In this document: piece after piece, positions 39,247 through 48,342 of the stretch
Layout of the letters: the number at the start of each line of letters is the position of its first letter
How positions within the stretch are numbered: position 1 is the stretch's first letter
Assembly (NCBI GenBank): GCA_905193155.1
Contig: CAJJNQ010000001.1
Span: forward strand, 1,315 to 65,314
Direction of reading: 5' to 3'
Source of the DNA: an uncultured Christensenella sp.
GTDB taxonomy: Bacteria > Bacillota > Clostridia > Christensenellales > UBA1750
Length of the DNA stretch: 64,000 nt
Program-made: the position numbers and the translations under genes
Notes under the pieces: model-generated
Databases searched by the model: none
What the model was told of the DNA's origin: nothing
Seen by the model: only the letters and a program-made list of their open reading frames with translations

Positions 39247-40324
39247 GGCGCGTCACCTCCCCGTCAAATGCGTTCAGCCCCAGCTGCAAAGCCTCCCTCG
39301 CCGCCGCAGCGTCCTGCCCGTTCTGTTCCAATTCCGCAATGCGCCGCAGCATCCGCCGGGCGAACGCGCCGCGCAGCGTATTTTCCTGCGCAATGCCGGC
39401 CGCATCCGTTTCCGGCCGGGTTTCATCTTCGATGCGAATCTTCGCGCCGCAGCCGGTCAGCAGCCGCAAAAGGCCGTTCTCATCGACAGAAAAACCGCGT
39501 GTGGTGCCCGTCAGCGTCAGCAACACGCGGTGTCCCTGCTTGCCCTCCAACGCCTTTTCGCAGCGGCCCGCCGCCTCCGCAAGATCTGCGCAGCCGGTGA
39601 GGTTCACGTTTTCCTCCAGCGTCATGCTGCCGCAGAGCTTGACAAAGGACATATTCAGTTGCCCGTTTTCATCCACTTCCCCCAGATATGCACCCTTTTC
39701 GCCGATCTCGTCATAGCCGAGCCCTTGCAGGCACCCGCTGTAAGCATAGAGGGTATCGCCCGCACGGCGGACGGTGCTTCTTTCATGGATGTGCCCCAAC
39801 GCCAGATATTTGAGGCCCGTCTGCGCGATGCTCTGCTTCGTCACGGCGCGGTAGTCGCTCCTGCCGCCGGGCGAAACGAGGTCGCCGTGCAGCACGCCCA
39901 GATCGTACAAACCGGGGGTGAGCTTTCTCTTCTTCCGATCCGGTGCAAAGGGCTTTTCGGACGCGGCTGCAAAGCTGGCGCCCCAGACGCGCACGCCGTA
40001 GGCGGGAATCTCCGCACAGGACCAATCGTGCCCGAAAACATAGACATTGCCCGGCAGGCTGCCGTCGTAGTTGCCTCCCGCGCACAGCGGATCGTGGTTG
40101 CCCGCCGCAATCATCGTGCAAAGGGAAGGATTGCCCGCCAGAAGGTCGAACACGCGGCGGCGCGTCCGCTCGTCCGCACGCACGGCCTCAAACAGGTCGC
40201 CCGCGATGAGCAGCACGCTCACGCCCTCCCTTTTGCAGAAGTCCAGCATCCTTTCAAACGCGCGCATCCGCTCCTGGCCGCCGACGCAGCCCAGATGCAG
40301 ATCCGCACAGTGCAGAAATTTCAT
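39236..40324 (-). CDS. SbcD/Mre11-like metallophosphoesterase nuclease (YhaO-like)
   Basis: MKFLHCADLHLG, GDLF, GNHD and GHIH motifs. The 3' end overlaps the ATPase start by 11 nt. Confidence 0.8.
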   Translation of the reverse strand: MKFLHCADLHLGCVGGQERMRAFERMLDFCKREGVSVLLIAGDLFEAVRADERTRRRVFDLLAGNPSLCTMIAAGNHDPLCAGGNYDGSLPGNVYVFGHDWSCAEIPAYGVRVWGASFAAASEKPFAPDRKKRKLTPGLYDLGVLHGDLVSPGGRSDYRAVTKQSIAQTGLKYLALGHIHERSTVRRAGDTLYAYSGCLQGLGYDEIGEKGAYLGEVDENGQLNMSFVKLCGSMTLEENVNLTGCADLAEAAGRCEKALEGKQGHRVLLTLTGTTRGFSVDENGLLRLLTGCGAKIRIEDETRPETDAAGIAQENTLRGAFARRMLRRIAELEQNGQDAAAAREALQLGLNAFDGEVTRHAD

Positions 40325-40411
40325 TTTTCCCCTCCCTCTCCGCGCCTGTTCGGCACGTCAGGCGTCTCTTTGTCTTTCAGACCGATTATATCATAGATCG
40401 TCTCTTTCGGC

Positions 40412-40452
40412 TATAAAACGACGGCGCGGTCTGAAAGAATTCAGACCGCGCC
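40412..40452 (-). terminator. Terminator after VanW gene 1 (13-bp stem)
   Basis: GGCGCGGTCTGAA-agaa-TTCAGACCGCGCC, followed by GTCGTTTTAT on the minus strand. Confidence 0.7.
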
Positions 40453-40486
40453 GCAGCGCCCGTTTTTTAGGACGCAATGGACAATT

Positions 40487-42241
40487 TTATTCCTCCGGGA
40501 TGTCGAAGCCGCCGTTATTGCCGCCGTCTCCGCCGGTCGTATCTCCGCCGGTGCTGCCGCCGGTATTATCGCCCGTCGATCCGGTTTCCTCCGGAATGGT
40601 GGACTCCGTAGGCGTTGCCTGGGAGTTGATGGCGATGACCGGGGTGCGCTTGGGATAATTGGACTTGTGCAGCACTTCCTTGCTGATCTGCTTGCCATCC
40701 TGCTTGGTGATGAGATAGGTGGTGACCTTCTTGCCCTCCAGGCCCGTGGTCACCGTGACCTCCTGGCCGTATTCCAGCGTCGGATCCTCCGTATAGGTGG
40801 GATCGGGGATCGGGATGGTCTGCGTAACTTCGCTGGTCAGATCGAGCTTGATGCCGTCCTTGAGGATCGGAATGCCGTAGACCGAAGCCTTGAGTTTCTT
40901 ATTGCTCTCGTCAAAGGTCATCACGACCGCAACCGGGCCCTCAGAGTTGTTGATGAACTTAAAGTCCTTGTTGGGATAGTCCACCGCCGCATCCTCGCCG
41001 ATGGGCACATAACTGGAGACGATGGTGTGATTATGGCGTTCGCTGATCTTGAGCCCCGCGCGCACCACGGCGTTGAACAGCGTCGAGGAAACCTGGCAGA
41101 CGCCGCCGCCCGGCTCCTGAACATAAACGCCGTTTTTGATGACCGTTGCATCCTTATATCCCTTGGCTGCGGTGCGTTGGCCGGTGAGCGTGTTGACGGA
41201 GAATTCCTCTCCCGGCTGCACGACCACGCCGCTGATCGCCTGAGAGCACAGGCGGATATTGGTGTTTCGGTTGGAATTGGAGGTGGTGGTGGTGGTAAAG
41301 GTCGCCAGGCGTTTGAACTTGGATTTGAGCGTCGCCTTGTCCATTTCCGGAGTGGTTTCCGTCACCGTGATGGTCACAGTGCCGTCATAGTTTCCGGCAT
41401 CGACCGCCGCCTGCGCCGCCGCCTGGGTTGCTTCCTGATTGACCTCCAAACCGTTCTGCCCATCCTCATAGGTAAAAGAGGAATCCTTGACGTTAAAGCC
41501 GGTCACGGTCGCGTTTTTCGCCTTGCGGTTGATGGCTTGCGCGCAGGAGTTGAGCACCTCGGTCATATCCGGCAGGGAATAGCCCGCTTCCACGGTAAAC
41601 TCCACCGGCTGGGTTTTGATCTCTTCGATCTTTGCAAGATTTTCCTCACGGGTGCCGTCTCTGCCGACCTGATAGGCCTGATCGATCACAGAAGCCAGAT
41701 CGCTGCCCGTCATCAGCGGCACCTGGAAAGTCTGGTCGTTATATTGCAGCGTCAGGCTGTGCTCGGCAAGGCCCAGCGACTGCTCGACAGCTTCCGTCGC
41801 CTGCTGGCGCGTCATGCCGCCCAGCGCCATGCCGTTGATGGACACGCCTTCATAAATGGTATCCGACCCCAGCACCGCGTCTTCCTGCTGGCGCTGCTGT
41901 TCCGCTGCGGCCTGCTGCTCCTGTTCGAGTTTAATCTGCGCCTGCTGCTCTTCCTCCGCTTTTCTGTTCTGGAAGTACTTCACGCCGGCAAACACGCCGA
42001 CCGCCAGCAGCACAACCAGCAGCAGCATGGGCAGAAAATTATTCTTTTTCTTCTTGCGGCGATTATTGCCGCCGCGGCCGGAGGTGGAATAACGCCCTCT
42101 GGACGCGCTCTGTGCATAGCGATCCTCTTCATAATATGTATTTCTGCGCCCGTTTCCGGACGAATAGCTGCCGCGTTGAGCGCTTGAGTTGCCTCTTTTC
42201 TGCTGTCCCCGGCCGCGTCCATCGCTGTAATATCCCGACAT
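40487..42241 (-). CDS. VanW family protein with C-terminal G5-like domain, membrane anchored
   Basis: GGGVCQVSSTLFNAVVRAGL..ERHNH VanW core. N-terminal basic low-complexity region plus a TM helix. ATG 42241 follows AGGAGGA. Confidence 0.8.
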   Translation of the reverse strand: MSGYYSDGRGRGQQKRGNSSAQRGSYSSGNGRRNTYYEEDRYAQSASRGRYSTSGRGGNNRRKKKKNNFLPMLLLVVLLAVGVFAGVKYFQNRKAEEEQQAQIKLEQEQQAAAEQQRQQEDAVLGSDTIYEGVSINGMALGGMTRQQATEAVEQSLGLAEHSLTLQYNDQTFQVPLMTGSDLASVIDQAYQVGRDGTREENLAKIEEIKTQPVEFTVEAGYSLPDMTEVLNSCAQAINRKAKNATVTGFNVKDSSFTYEDGQNGLEVNQEATQAAAQAAVDAGNYDGTVTITVTETTPEMDKATLKSKFKRLATFTTTTTSNSNRNTNIRLCSQAISGVVVQPGEEFSVNTLTGQRTAAKGYKDATVIKNGVYVQEPGGGVCQVSSTLFNAVVRAGLKISERHNHTIVSSYVPIGEDAAVDYPNKDFKFINNSEGPVAVVMTFDESNKKLKASVYGIPILKDGIKLDLTSEVTQTIPIPDPTYTEDPTLEYGQEVTVTTGLEGKKVTTYLITKQDGKQISKEVLHKSNYPKRTPVIAINSQATPTESTIPEETGSTGDNTGGSTGGDTTGGDGGNNGGFDIPEE

Positions 42242-42470
42242 AACCATCCTCCTGCGCAAATGTTTCCGACAAAACAACTATATTGTACACGAGCACACAG
42301 GCTCATTTGTTTCGAGCCGTACAGATAATTATAGTATGCCCCCACATTCCCCGCGTGTTAAAGATGCGTTAAATGAGATTCCCCGCCGTTCAGGCAAAAA
42401 CCCGGTGCGAAACGCGGCGCGGTATGCTATACTGAAAAGAGAGTAACCTTCGGGAAAAGGGGGCTTTTGC

Positions 42471-43187
42471 ATGAGCATTCAACTGAACTGGCTGGGTCAG
42501 GGCGGATACTGGATCCGGTGCGGTGAAACCGCAGTCTGTCTGGATCCCTACCTTTCTTTTAGCTGCGAAGAGCACGGCGGGCATACGCGCATCGCGCCGC
42601 CTCCGCTCGATCCTGCATCGATTCGCACGGATCTGTTCGTATTTTCCCATGACCACATGGATCATCTGGACGAGGGCACGCTGCACCGCATTGACCTTCG
42701 GCACAACCGCTTTGCAGGGCCGGACTCCTGCTTAAACCATCTGCGCAGGCTGGGCGTTCCGGAGGAAAACCTGCTGCGCCTGCCGCGCGGCGGGCGGCTT
42801 GCGGTGGGCGATATCGAGCTTTTCGGCGTCCATGCGGAGCACACGGAGGACAGTATCGGTCTGATCGTGCGCGGTCACGGTCAAACGGTGTATTTCACCG
42901 CCGACACACTCTGGAGCGATCTGTTGATCACGGACGCGAGGCCTTTTTCACCCGACGTGCTCGTGACCTGCATCAACGGCCGCTGGGGCAACATGGATCA
43001 CCGGCAGGCCGCCGACCTGGCTCGCGCGCTGAAGGTCCATTTGTCCATTCCCACGCACTACGGCATGTTTGCCGAAAACACGGCGGATCCCGCAGATTTT
43101 GTCCATGAAATGCAGGAAGAAAACGTTCTGCTGCTGACCATGTACGAGCCTGTCGTTCTGCCGGACTTTCATCAGGAGGAAAAATGA
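42471..43187 (+). CDS. MBL-fold metallo-hydrolase (UlaG-like)
   Basis: SHDHMDH motif. 238 aa. Confidence 0.75.
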   Translation: MSIQLNWLGQGGYWIRCGETAVCLDPYLSFSCEEHGGHTRIAPPPLDPASIRTDLFVFSHDHMDHLDEGTLHRIDLRHNRFAGPDSCLNHLRRLGVPEENLLRLPRGGRLAVGDIELFGVHAEHTEDSIGLIVRGHGQTVYFTADTLWSDLLITDARPFSPDVLVTCINGRWGNMDHRQAADLARALKVHLSIPTHYGMFAENTADPADFVHEMQEENVLLLTMYEPVVLPDFHQEEK

Positions 43188-43822
43188 AGCGTTATAAAGA
43201 CATGACCTCGGACGAGAAAAACGTCGTCAAGCAGCACATCCAGCTCTACGGCGGGCTGCTGCTGATCTTTGTCGTCATCGCCGTGTTCCTGCGGATCTAC
43301 AACACCCGCTTGATTCAAGGGGACGGCATCCTGCCCACGCCGCGCAAAGCGGTCGATCCCATCGGGGTCACCTATTACGCGCAGGACGATCCGCGCTGGG
43401 CGGACGATGCGCTGGGGCAGACCGGCTACACCATGCAGGAAGAGGGCAGCCTGTTTGCCGCGCTTGCGATGGTGCTGGACAGCGACGGCATCACAGTGGA
43501 TCCCGGCGAGCTCAACCGCCTGTTCATGGAAAACGATCTTTACATCAACGATGGCAAGGCTGCCGATCTGACGAATCTCGACAAAATTTATCCCGAGGTG
43601 CGCTTCACTGCCCCGCAGGATTTCAACGGCGAAAATATGACCAACGAGCTGCGCGCAGGCCGCGCATGTATGGTGCGCGTCAAAAAGGGCGAAAGCGCCT
43701 ATTGGCTGTGCGTCGTGGGCGCAACAGAAGATGTGTTCCTCGTGTTCGACCCGCTGGGCGGTTCCGAAACCCATGAACTGACCGAATACGGCAATGTCTA
43801 CGCGCTGGGCATGGTCAAATAA
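43184..43822 (+). CDS. Membrane-anchored C39-like (Peptidase_C39_2-like) protein with substituted catalytic residues
   Basis: One N-terminal TM helix. YYAQDDPRW...GSLFAALAMVL sits where C39-like domains have GCGPTSLAMVL. ATGA overlap with the MBL gene. SD AGGAGGA. Confidence 0.5.
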   Translation: MKRYKDMTSDEKNVVKQHIQLYGGLLLIFVVIAVFLRIYNTRLIQGDGILPTPRKAVDPIGVTYYAQDDPRWADDALGQTGYTMQEEGSLFAALAMVLDSDGITVDPGELNRLFMENDLYINDGKAADLTNLDKIYPEVRFTAPQDFNGENMTNELRAGRACMVRVKKGESAYWLCVVGATEDVFLVFDPLGGSETHELTEYGNVYALGMVK

Positions 43823-43846
43823 CCCGCTTTCAGGAAAGGAAAAAGC

Positions 43847-44443
43847 ATGAGTGAGCAATACTTTACTTCCGCCCCCACCTCCGCGCACGAGGAGCGGCAC
43901 GTGCAGTTTCAGGTGGGCAGCCGCTGCCTGCGCTTTGAGACCGACGCAGGCACCTTTTCCAAGGGGCATCTAGATCCCGGCAGCCGCTTGCTGATCGATA
44001 CCGTGCCGAACATGACCGGCCGCTGCGCAGACATCGGCTGCGGCTGGGGAGCCATCGGCGCAGCGCTGGCGGCACTCAACCCGGAGCTTTTCGTGGAAAT
44101 GGTGGACGTCAATGAGCGCGCGGTTGCGCTGGCACAGAAAAACCTTGAAGCCAACCGTCTGGCGAACGCGCGCGCCTATCTCAGCGATGCGCTCACGGGT
44201 GTGGAGTCAGGGCTGGATTTTTGCGTGACCAATCCGCCGATCCGTGCGGGCAAGGCGGTGATCTACGGTTTTTTCACCCAGGCGGCGGAAAAGCTCAAGC
44301 CCGGCGGAAAGCTCTATATCGTCATCCGCAAGCAGCAAGGCGCGCCCTCCGCAATGAAATATCTGGCGACGATCTTTGAAAAAGTGTCCGTATTGGAAAA
44401 AGAAGCGGGCTATTGGATCATCGAAGCAATCCGGGCAGAGTGA
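43847..44443 (+). CDS. Class I SAM-dependent methyltransferase (RsmC/RsmD-like small domain)
   Basis: F.TD.G.FS....D.GS.LL N-terminus, DIGCGWG motif I, and TNPPIRAG motif IV. Confidence 0.75.
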   Translation: MSEQYFTSAPTSAHEERHVQFQVGSRCLRFETDAGTFSKGHLDPGSRLLIDTVPNMTGRCADIGCGWGAIGAALAALNPELFVEMVDVNERAVALAQKNLEANRLANARAYLSDALTGVESGLDFCVTNPPIRAGKAVIYGFFTQAAEKLKPGGKLYIVIRKQQGAPSAMKYLATIFEKVSVLEKEAGYWIIEAIRAE

Positions 44444-44540
44444 TCTTCCGCTGTGTCCATGCGTTTCTTTCCTATAAATACATCCGCGCATTCTCTTCCC
44501 GCTTTTGGCAAGAAAACCTTGTTCTTTCGGAGGTTTATCC

Positions 44541-45053
44541 ATGGAAACGCTTTATGAAAACTATCTGGCGCTCCCCATAGACAAGGGGCTGCTGTGTCTG
44601 GAGCAGGAGAATCCATCAGAGCCTTACTTTTGTTATCCGGCCAACGCGCAGCCGATAGGATTTGAAGGAGCCATCATGTATTGCTTTTTGCCTGAGTATG
44701 GAGAGATGGTTTTTGCCTGCAACCCCGAAAGCTGTGCGGACACATATGCATATCCTCTGGCGAAGAATTTTCAGGATTTTATTCGACTGATTTTAGCGTG
44801 CGGCACGGCCAATCCCGTAGAGCAAATCGTCTGGATGGATCAAAACCGCTTTGATGAACACAGGGCAGCCGAGAGAAAGCTCCTGACAGCCGAACAAAAA
44901 GCGGCGGCGCAGCGGCTTCAGCATGAGTTCGGATTGCTGCCGATGGAAAATCCGTTTGAATATGTCAAGGCAGTCCAAAGGAATTTTGACGGCAGCAACA
45001 TACGATATCGTGATGAATACTTTGATGTAACCGGCTTGGAAAGACATCTCTGA
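44541..45053 (+). CDS. Hypothetical protein
   Basis: ATG 44541 follows GGAGGT. No confident family. Confidence 0.5.
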   Translation: METLYENYLALPIDKGLLCLEQENPSEPYFCYPANAQPIGFEGAIMYCFLPEYGEMVFACNPESCADTYAYPLAKNFQDFIRLILACGTANPVEQIVWMDQNRFDEHRAAERKLLTAEQKAAAQRLQHEFGLLPMENPFEYVKAVQRNFDGSNIRYRDEYFDVTGLERHL

Positions 45054-45093
45054 TATCTTCCGGCAGGCGCGAAAATGCGCTGTCGAAGCGGGG

Positions 45094-45150
45094 GAAAGGC
45101 GGCGAAATCCCCTTCACAGGTGTTTCGCTGCCTTTCTGCTTTCTTCTCTC
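45094..45150 (+). terminator. Terminator (14-bp stem)
   Basis: GAAAGGCGGCGAAA ... TTTCGCTGCCTTTC, followed by a T-rich tract. Confidence 0.6.
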
Positions 45151-45236
45151 CCCAATCAGAAACCCTCGGTCGAACTTTCACCGTGCCGGGTCGTTACAGC
45201 CCCGGCGATCCAAAGCATTTCCCGCTGACTTGCCGC

Positions 45237-45265
45237 TTGCCAGCATCCTGCATTGATGCTATACT
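45237..45265 (+). promoter_or_regulatory. Promoter of rex
   Basis: TTGCCA, 17-nt spacer, TATACT. Confidence 0.5.
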
Positions 45266-45271
45266 GATAAG

Positions 45272-45289
45272 GTGTTAAAGTTTTAGCAA
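45272..45289. promoter_or_regulatory. Rex box
   Basis: gTGTTAAagttTTAGCAA versus the clostridial consensus TTGTTAAnnnnTTAACAA (12 of 14 positions). Lies 7 nt downstream of the -10. Confidence 0.55.
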
Positions 45290-45332
45290 ACTTTTTGCTT
45301 TTGATCCAATGAAGAAGGATAAGGGTGACGAT

Positions 45333-46016
45333 ATGGCAACACACAAGATTTCAGACGCTGTGATCCGCCGTCTTCCCGGATATTACCGCTACCTTCGGGA
45401 GCTGGAAAAAATAGGCATCACGCGCATCTCTTCGCAGGAACTGGGCGCGCGCATGGGGCTGACCGCCTCACAGATTCGTCAGGACATCAACTGCTTCGGC
45501 ACGCTGGGTCAGCAGGGCTACGGCTACAACGTGGCGGAGCTGCGGGCACATATTGGCAGCATTCTGGGTCTGGGCCGTAAATACGATATGATCATCGTCG
45601 GCGCGGGCAACATCGGTCAGGCCGTGGCCTGGTATCCCGGCTTTTCGCAGCGGGGCTTTGAGCCTCTGGCGATGTTCGACGTCAAGCCCGACCTGATCGG
45701 CCGCGTGATCCGCGGCGTGCCGGTTTACAGCGTGACGGAACTCAAAGTCTTTTTGCAGGAGCATCCCGCCACCATCGGCGTGGTGTCCACGCCCGCGCGC
45801 GTGGCGCAGCAGATCGCCCAGCAGATGATCGAGGGCGGCGTGCGCGCCATCTGGAACTTCGCGCCGCTGGATCTGAAGGTGCCCGACAACGTGGTGGTCA
45901 ACAACGTCCATCTGACCGACAGCCTGCTGGTACTGACCTATCGCCTGCATCAGTTGGAACGCGCCGAAGAAGAACAGGCGGCGGAATCGGCTGCAGCGCC
46001 TGCCGAAGAGGAATAA
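45333..46016 (+). CDS. rex: Redox-sensing transcriptional repressor Rex
   Basis: ISDAVIRRLPGYYRYL, GAGNIGQA Rossmann motif and WNFAP. ATG 45333 preferred over 45309, which has no SD. Confidence 0.85.
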   Translation: MATHKISDAVIRRLPGYYRYLRELEKIGITRISSQELGARMGLTASQIRQDINCFGTLGQQGYGYNVAELRAHIGSILGLGRKYDMIIVGAGNIGQAVAWYPGFSQRGFEPLAMFDVKPDLIGRVIRGVPVYSVTELKVFLQEHPATIGVVSTPARVAQQIAQQMIEGGVRAIWNFAPLDLKVPDNVVVNNVHLTDSLLVLTYRLHQLERAEEEQAAESAAAPAEEE

Positions 46017-46189
46017 TCTGCCGCAAACGGCAATTTCCCCCAAGGAGCCGACAAAAGCCGATTCCTTTCTTTTTTCAAATTTGTTGCAAAATGCGAAGCG
46101 CACTGTACTTCTCCCCCGTTTTCGTGGTATGATAGAGGTAGGTAAGTGAACTTCGGCAGGAGCCGTAAAAACAAGGAAAGGGCAACAAA

Positions 46190-47770
46190 ATGGCAGAGGA
46201 GAAGGATCTGCGCGCGGAAGAGGAGCAGGATGGCGCGCAGTTGGAAAACGACGCTCAGGACGCCGTTTCGGAGGAGGCTGAATCGGAAGATACCGGCAGC
46301 TCCGGCGGTGGAAAGAAGAAAAAAAGCGGCAAAAGCATCACGGCCATCGTGCTGCTGTGCCTGGCCATCGTGCTGTTCGTCGCTGGCGGCGCTTTGGGCC
46401 TGACCTATTGGAAAAATTATCAGCATCTGGAAGAGATGAAGACCGCTGTTGACGTGGAGGGATACTATCCCGGCATCATCATCGACGGCGAGGACGTGGG
46501 CGGCCGCAGCTATGAGGACGTGCGTCAGGAATTCCTGGATCGTCAGCAGGCGGAAGCCGATGCGCGCGTGATCTCCGTTCAGGCGAACGGTCAGGTCTTT
46601 ACGCTCCCCGCGCAGTCCGCCTATGACACCGAGCAGGTGCTGGTGGACGCCTACAACTACGCCAAAGAAGGCAGCCTTCAGGAGCGCTACGATCTGGTGG
46701 CGGCGCTTGCGCAGCAGCCGCTGAATTTCACGACGAGCTGCTCCGTCACGGTGGACGGCGTGGATGCGTTTGTCCAGCAGGTGGCTTCTGCGGTCAACGT
46801 GGACGCGCAGGATGCGCAGGTCGGCGCGTTTGACGCAGCCACCAAGACCTTCACCTTCACTGACGAAGTCAACGGTCAGGCGCTGGATGAAGATGCGCTG
46901 CGCAGCGCGATCAACGCGGCGGTGGAATCCGGAGATTTCAGCACGCAGATTACGGCGCAGGTCAACGAAGTGCCTGCCGCCGTCACCCGCGCGGAATTAG
47001 AAGCGCAGAATACGTTGCTGGCAAGCTTCACCACCAAGACCACCAGCTCCAAATCCCGCAACACCAACATCCGCCTTTGCTCTGAGGCCTTCAACGGCTA
47101 TGTCGTCGCGCCGGGCGAGATCTTCTCCATCAACGGCATAACCGGTCCGCGCACGACGGCCAAGGGATATAAAGAAGCGGGCTCCATCCAGAACGGCATC
47201 ATGATCCAGGAGCCGGGCGGCGGTGTCTGCCAGGTTTCCTCCACGCTGTTCAATGCAGTCGTCCGCGCGGGCATGGAGATCGTGGAGCGCCACGGACACT
47301 CCTGGCCGAGCGATTATGTCAAGATCGGCATGGATGCAGCCATCGACTATCCCGCCAAGGACTTCAAATTCAAAAATATCTCTGATTCACCCATCTATCT
47401 GGTCTCCTCCTTTGAGGATCGCCAGCTGACGATCGAGGTGTACGGCAAGCCCATGCTGGACGAGGGCGTGACCATTGATCTGCGCTCCACCACGGACGGC
47501 ACCATCAAGCGCGGTGAGGACTCCATGGTGTTCGACGCAAGCCTTGCCCCCGGCACGACCAAGACCGTGCGCAAGGGCCGCGACGGCAAAAAGTCCACCA
47601 CCTACATCCAGTACATCCGCGACGGCAAGGTCTTTGAGGAAAAGGTGCTCTTCACCACCACCTATCCCGCCATCCGCGCCATCATCAACTATGGTCCGGA
47701 CCTTGTGCCGGAAGAGACTCCCGGCGGAACGGTTCCCTCTGAAACCAACAATTCCAACGTCTATCCGTAA
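46190..47770 (+). CDS. VanW family protein with C-terminal G5-like domain, paralog 2
   Basis: GGGVCQVSSTLFNAVVRAGMEIVERHGHS core. Acidic N-terminus plus a TM helix. SD AAGGAAAGGG. Confidence 0.8.
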   Translation: MAEEKDLRAEEEQDGAQLENDAQDAVSEEAESEDTGSSGGGKKKKSGKSITAIVLLCLAIVLFVAGGALGLTYWKNYQHLEEMKTAVDVEGYYPGIIIDGEDVGGRSYEDVRQEFLDRQQAEADARVISVQANGQVFTLPAQSAYDTEQVLVDAYNYAKEGSLQERYDLVAALAQQPLNFTTSCSVTVDGVDAFVQQVASAVNVDAQDAQVGAFDAATKTFTFTDEVNGQALDEDALRSAINAAVESGDFSTQITAQVNEVPAAVTRAELEAQNTLLASFTTKTTSSKSRNTNIRLCSEAFNGYVVAPGEIFSINGITGPRTTAKGYKEAGSIQNGIMIQEPGGGVCQVSSTLFNAVVRAGMEIVERHGHSWPSDYVKIGMDAAIDYPAKDFKFKNISDSPIYLVSSFEDRQLTIEVYGKPMLDEGVTIDLRSTTDGTIKRGEDSMVFDASLAPGTTKTVRKGRDGKKSTTYIQYIRDGKVFEEKVLFTTTYPAIRAIINYGPDLVPEETPGGTVPSETNNSNVYP

Positions 47771-47780
47771 CGCAAATTCA

Positions 47781-47876
47781 CAGGCAGCATCCCGCCGCTT
47801 CTTTCCGGACGGCGGGATGCTGCCTGTGCTTTCAAAAATCTGACGGACCAGAGAAAGGATTCTCCGGTCCGTTTTC
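47781..47876 (+). terminator. Two tandem terminator hairpins
   Basis: 17-bp stem CAGGCAGCATCCCGCCG...CGGCGGGATGCTGCCTG (47781..47826), then ACGGACCAGAGA...TCTCCGGTCCGT followed by TTTT (47843..47876). Confidence 0.7.
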
Positions 47877-47945
47877 CTGCTCATCGTGATTGTTTCCAAT
47901 CTTCTTTCCCAAAGCGCGGATATGCTGACGCCGGCTGCCGCCTGA

Positions 47946-48266
47946 ATCGACCAACGGCCGCGAGTTCGGCATACAAAAGCTGACGGGGAAGCATGCTGTG
48001 CGGCTGCTCTTTTTCTGCACGAACATGACCGTGCTGTCCTGCTCTATCTTCTGGATACACCCAATCTTTTCTTCAGCACCGTTTTCATCATCACCGCCTT
48101 TCCGGCTGCGGCATTGACCATGCTGCGTTCGTCCTACTATGCGCCGGGTTACGCCGCCAAAGAGAATCCCGCCTATCTCCCCGTGGCCGTCAATTCCCTC
48201 ATCTTCTTTTTTAGCGACCTTTACGGATTCCTCTGCCGGAAAAAGCGGGCGTACGTTCTGTGCTGA
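47946..48266 (+). pseudogene. Degenerate remnant of a membrane-protein gene
   Basis: Open frame ending ...LFFSTVFIITAFPAAALTMLRSSYYAPGYAAKENPAYLPVAVNSLIFFFSDLYGFLCRKKRAYVLC. Hydrophobic pieces upstream sit in other frames. No SD or full-length ORF. Confidence 0.3.
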
Positions 48267-48284
48267 CAGAGTTTTCGTCAATGC

Positions 48285-48331
48285 AAAAAGGAGCCGCAGA
48301 CCGAAAGTCTGCGGCTCCTTTGATTTGTTTT
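48285..48331. terminator. Bidirectional terminator
   Basis: AAAAA-GGAGCCGCAGAC-cgaaa-GTCTGCGGCTCC-TTTGATTTGTTTT. Confidence 0.8.
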
Positions 48332-48342
48332 AGCAGAAGAAC

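Noticed and set aside
47832-48281. 149-aa minus-strand ORF
   Set aside because: No SD or motifs. It lies opposite hydrophobic plus-strand frame fragments that look like the real, decayed gene.
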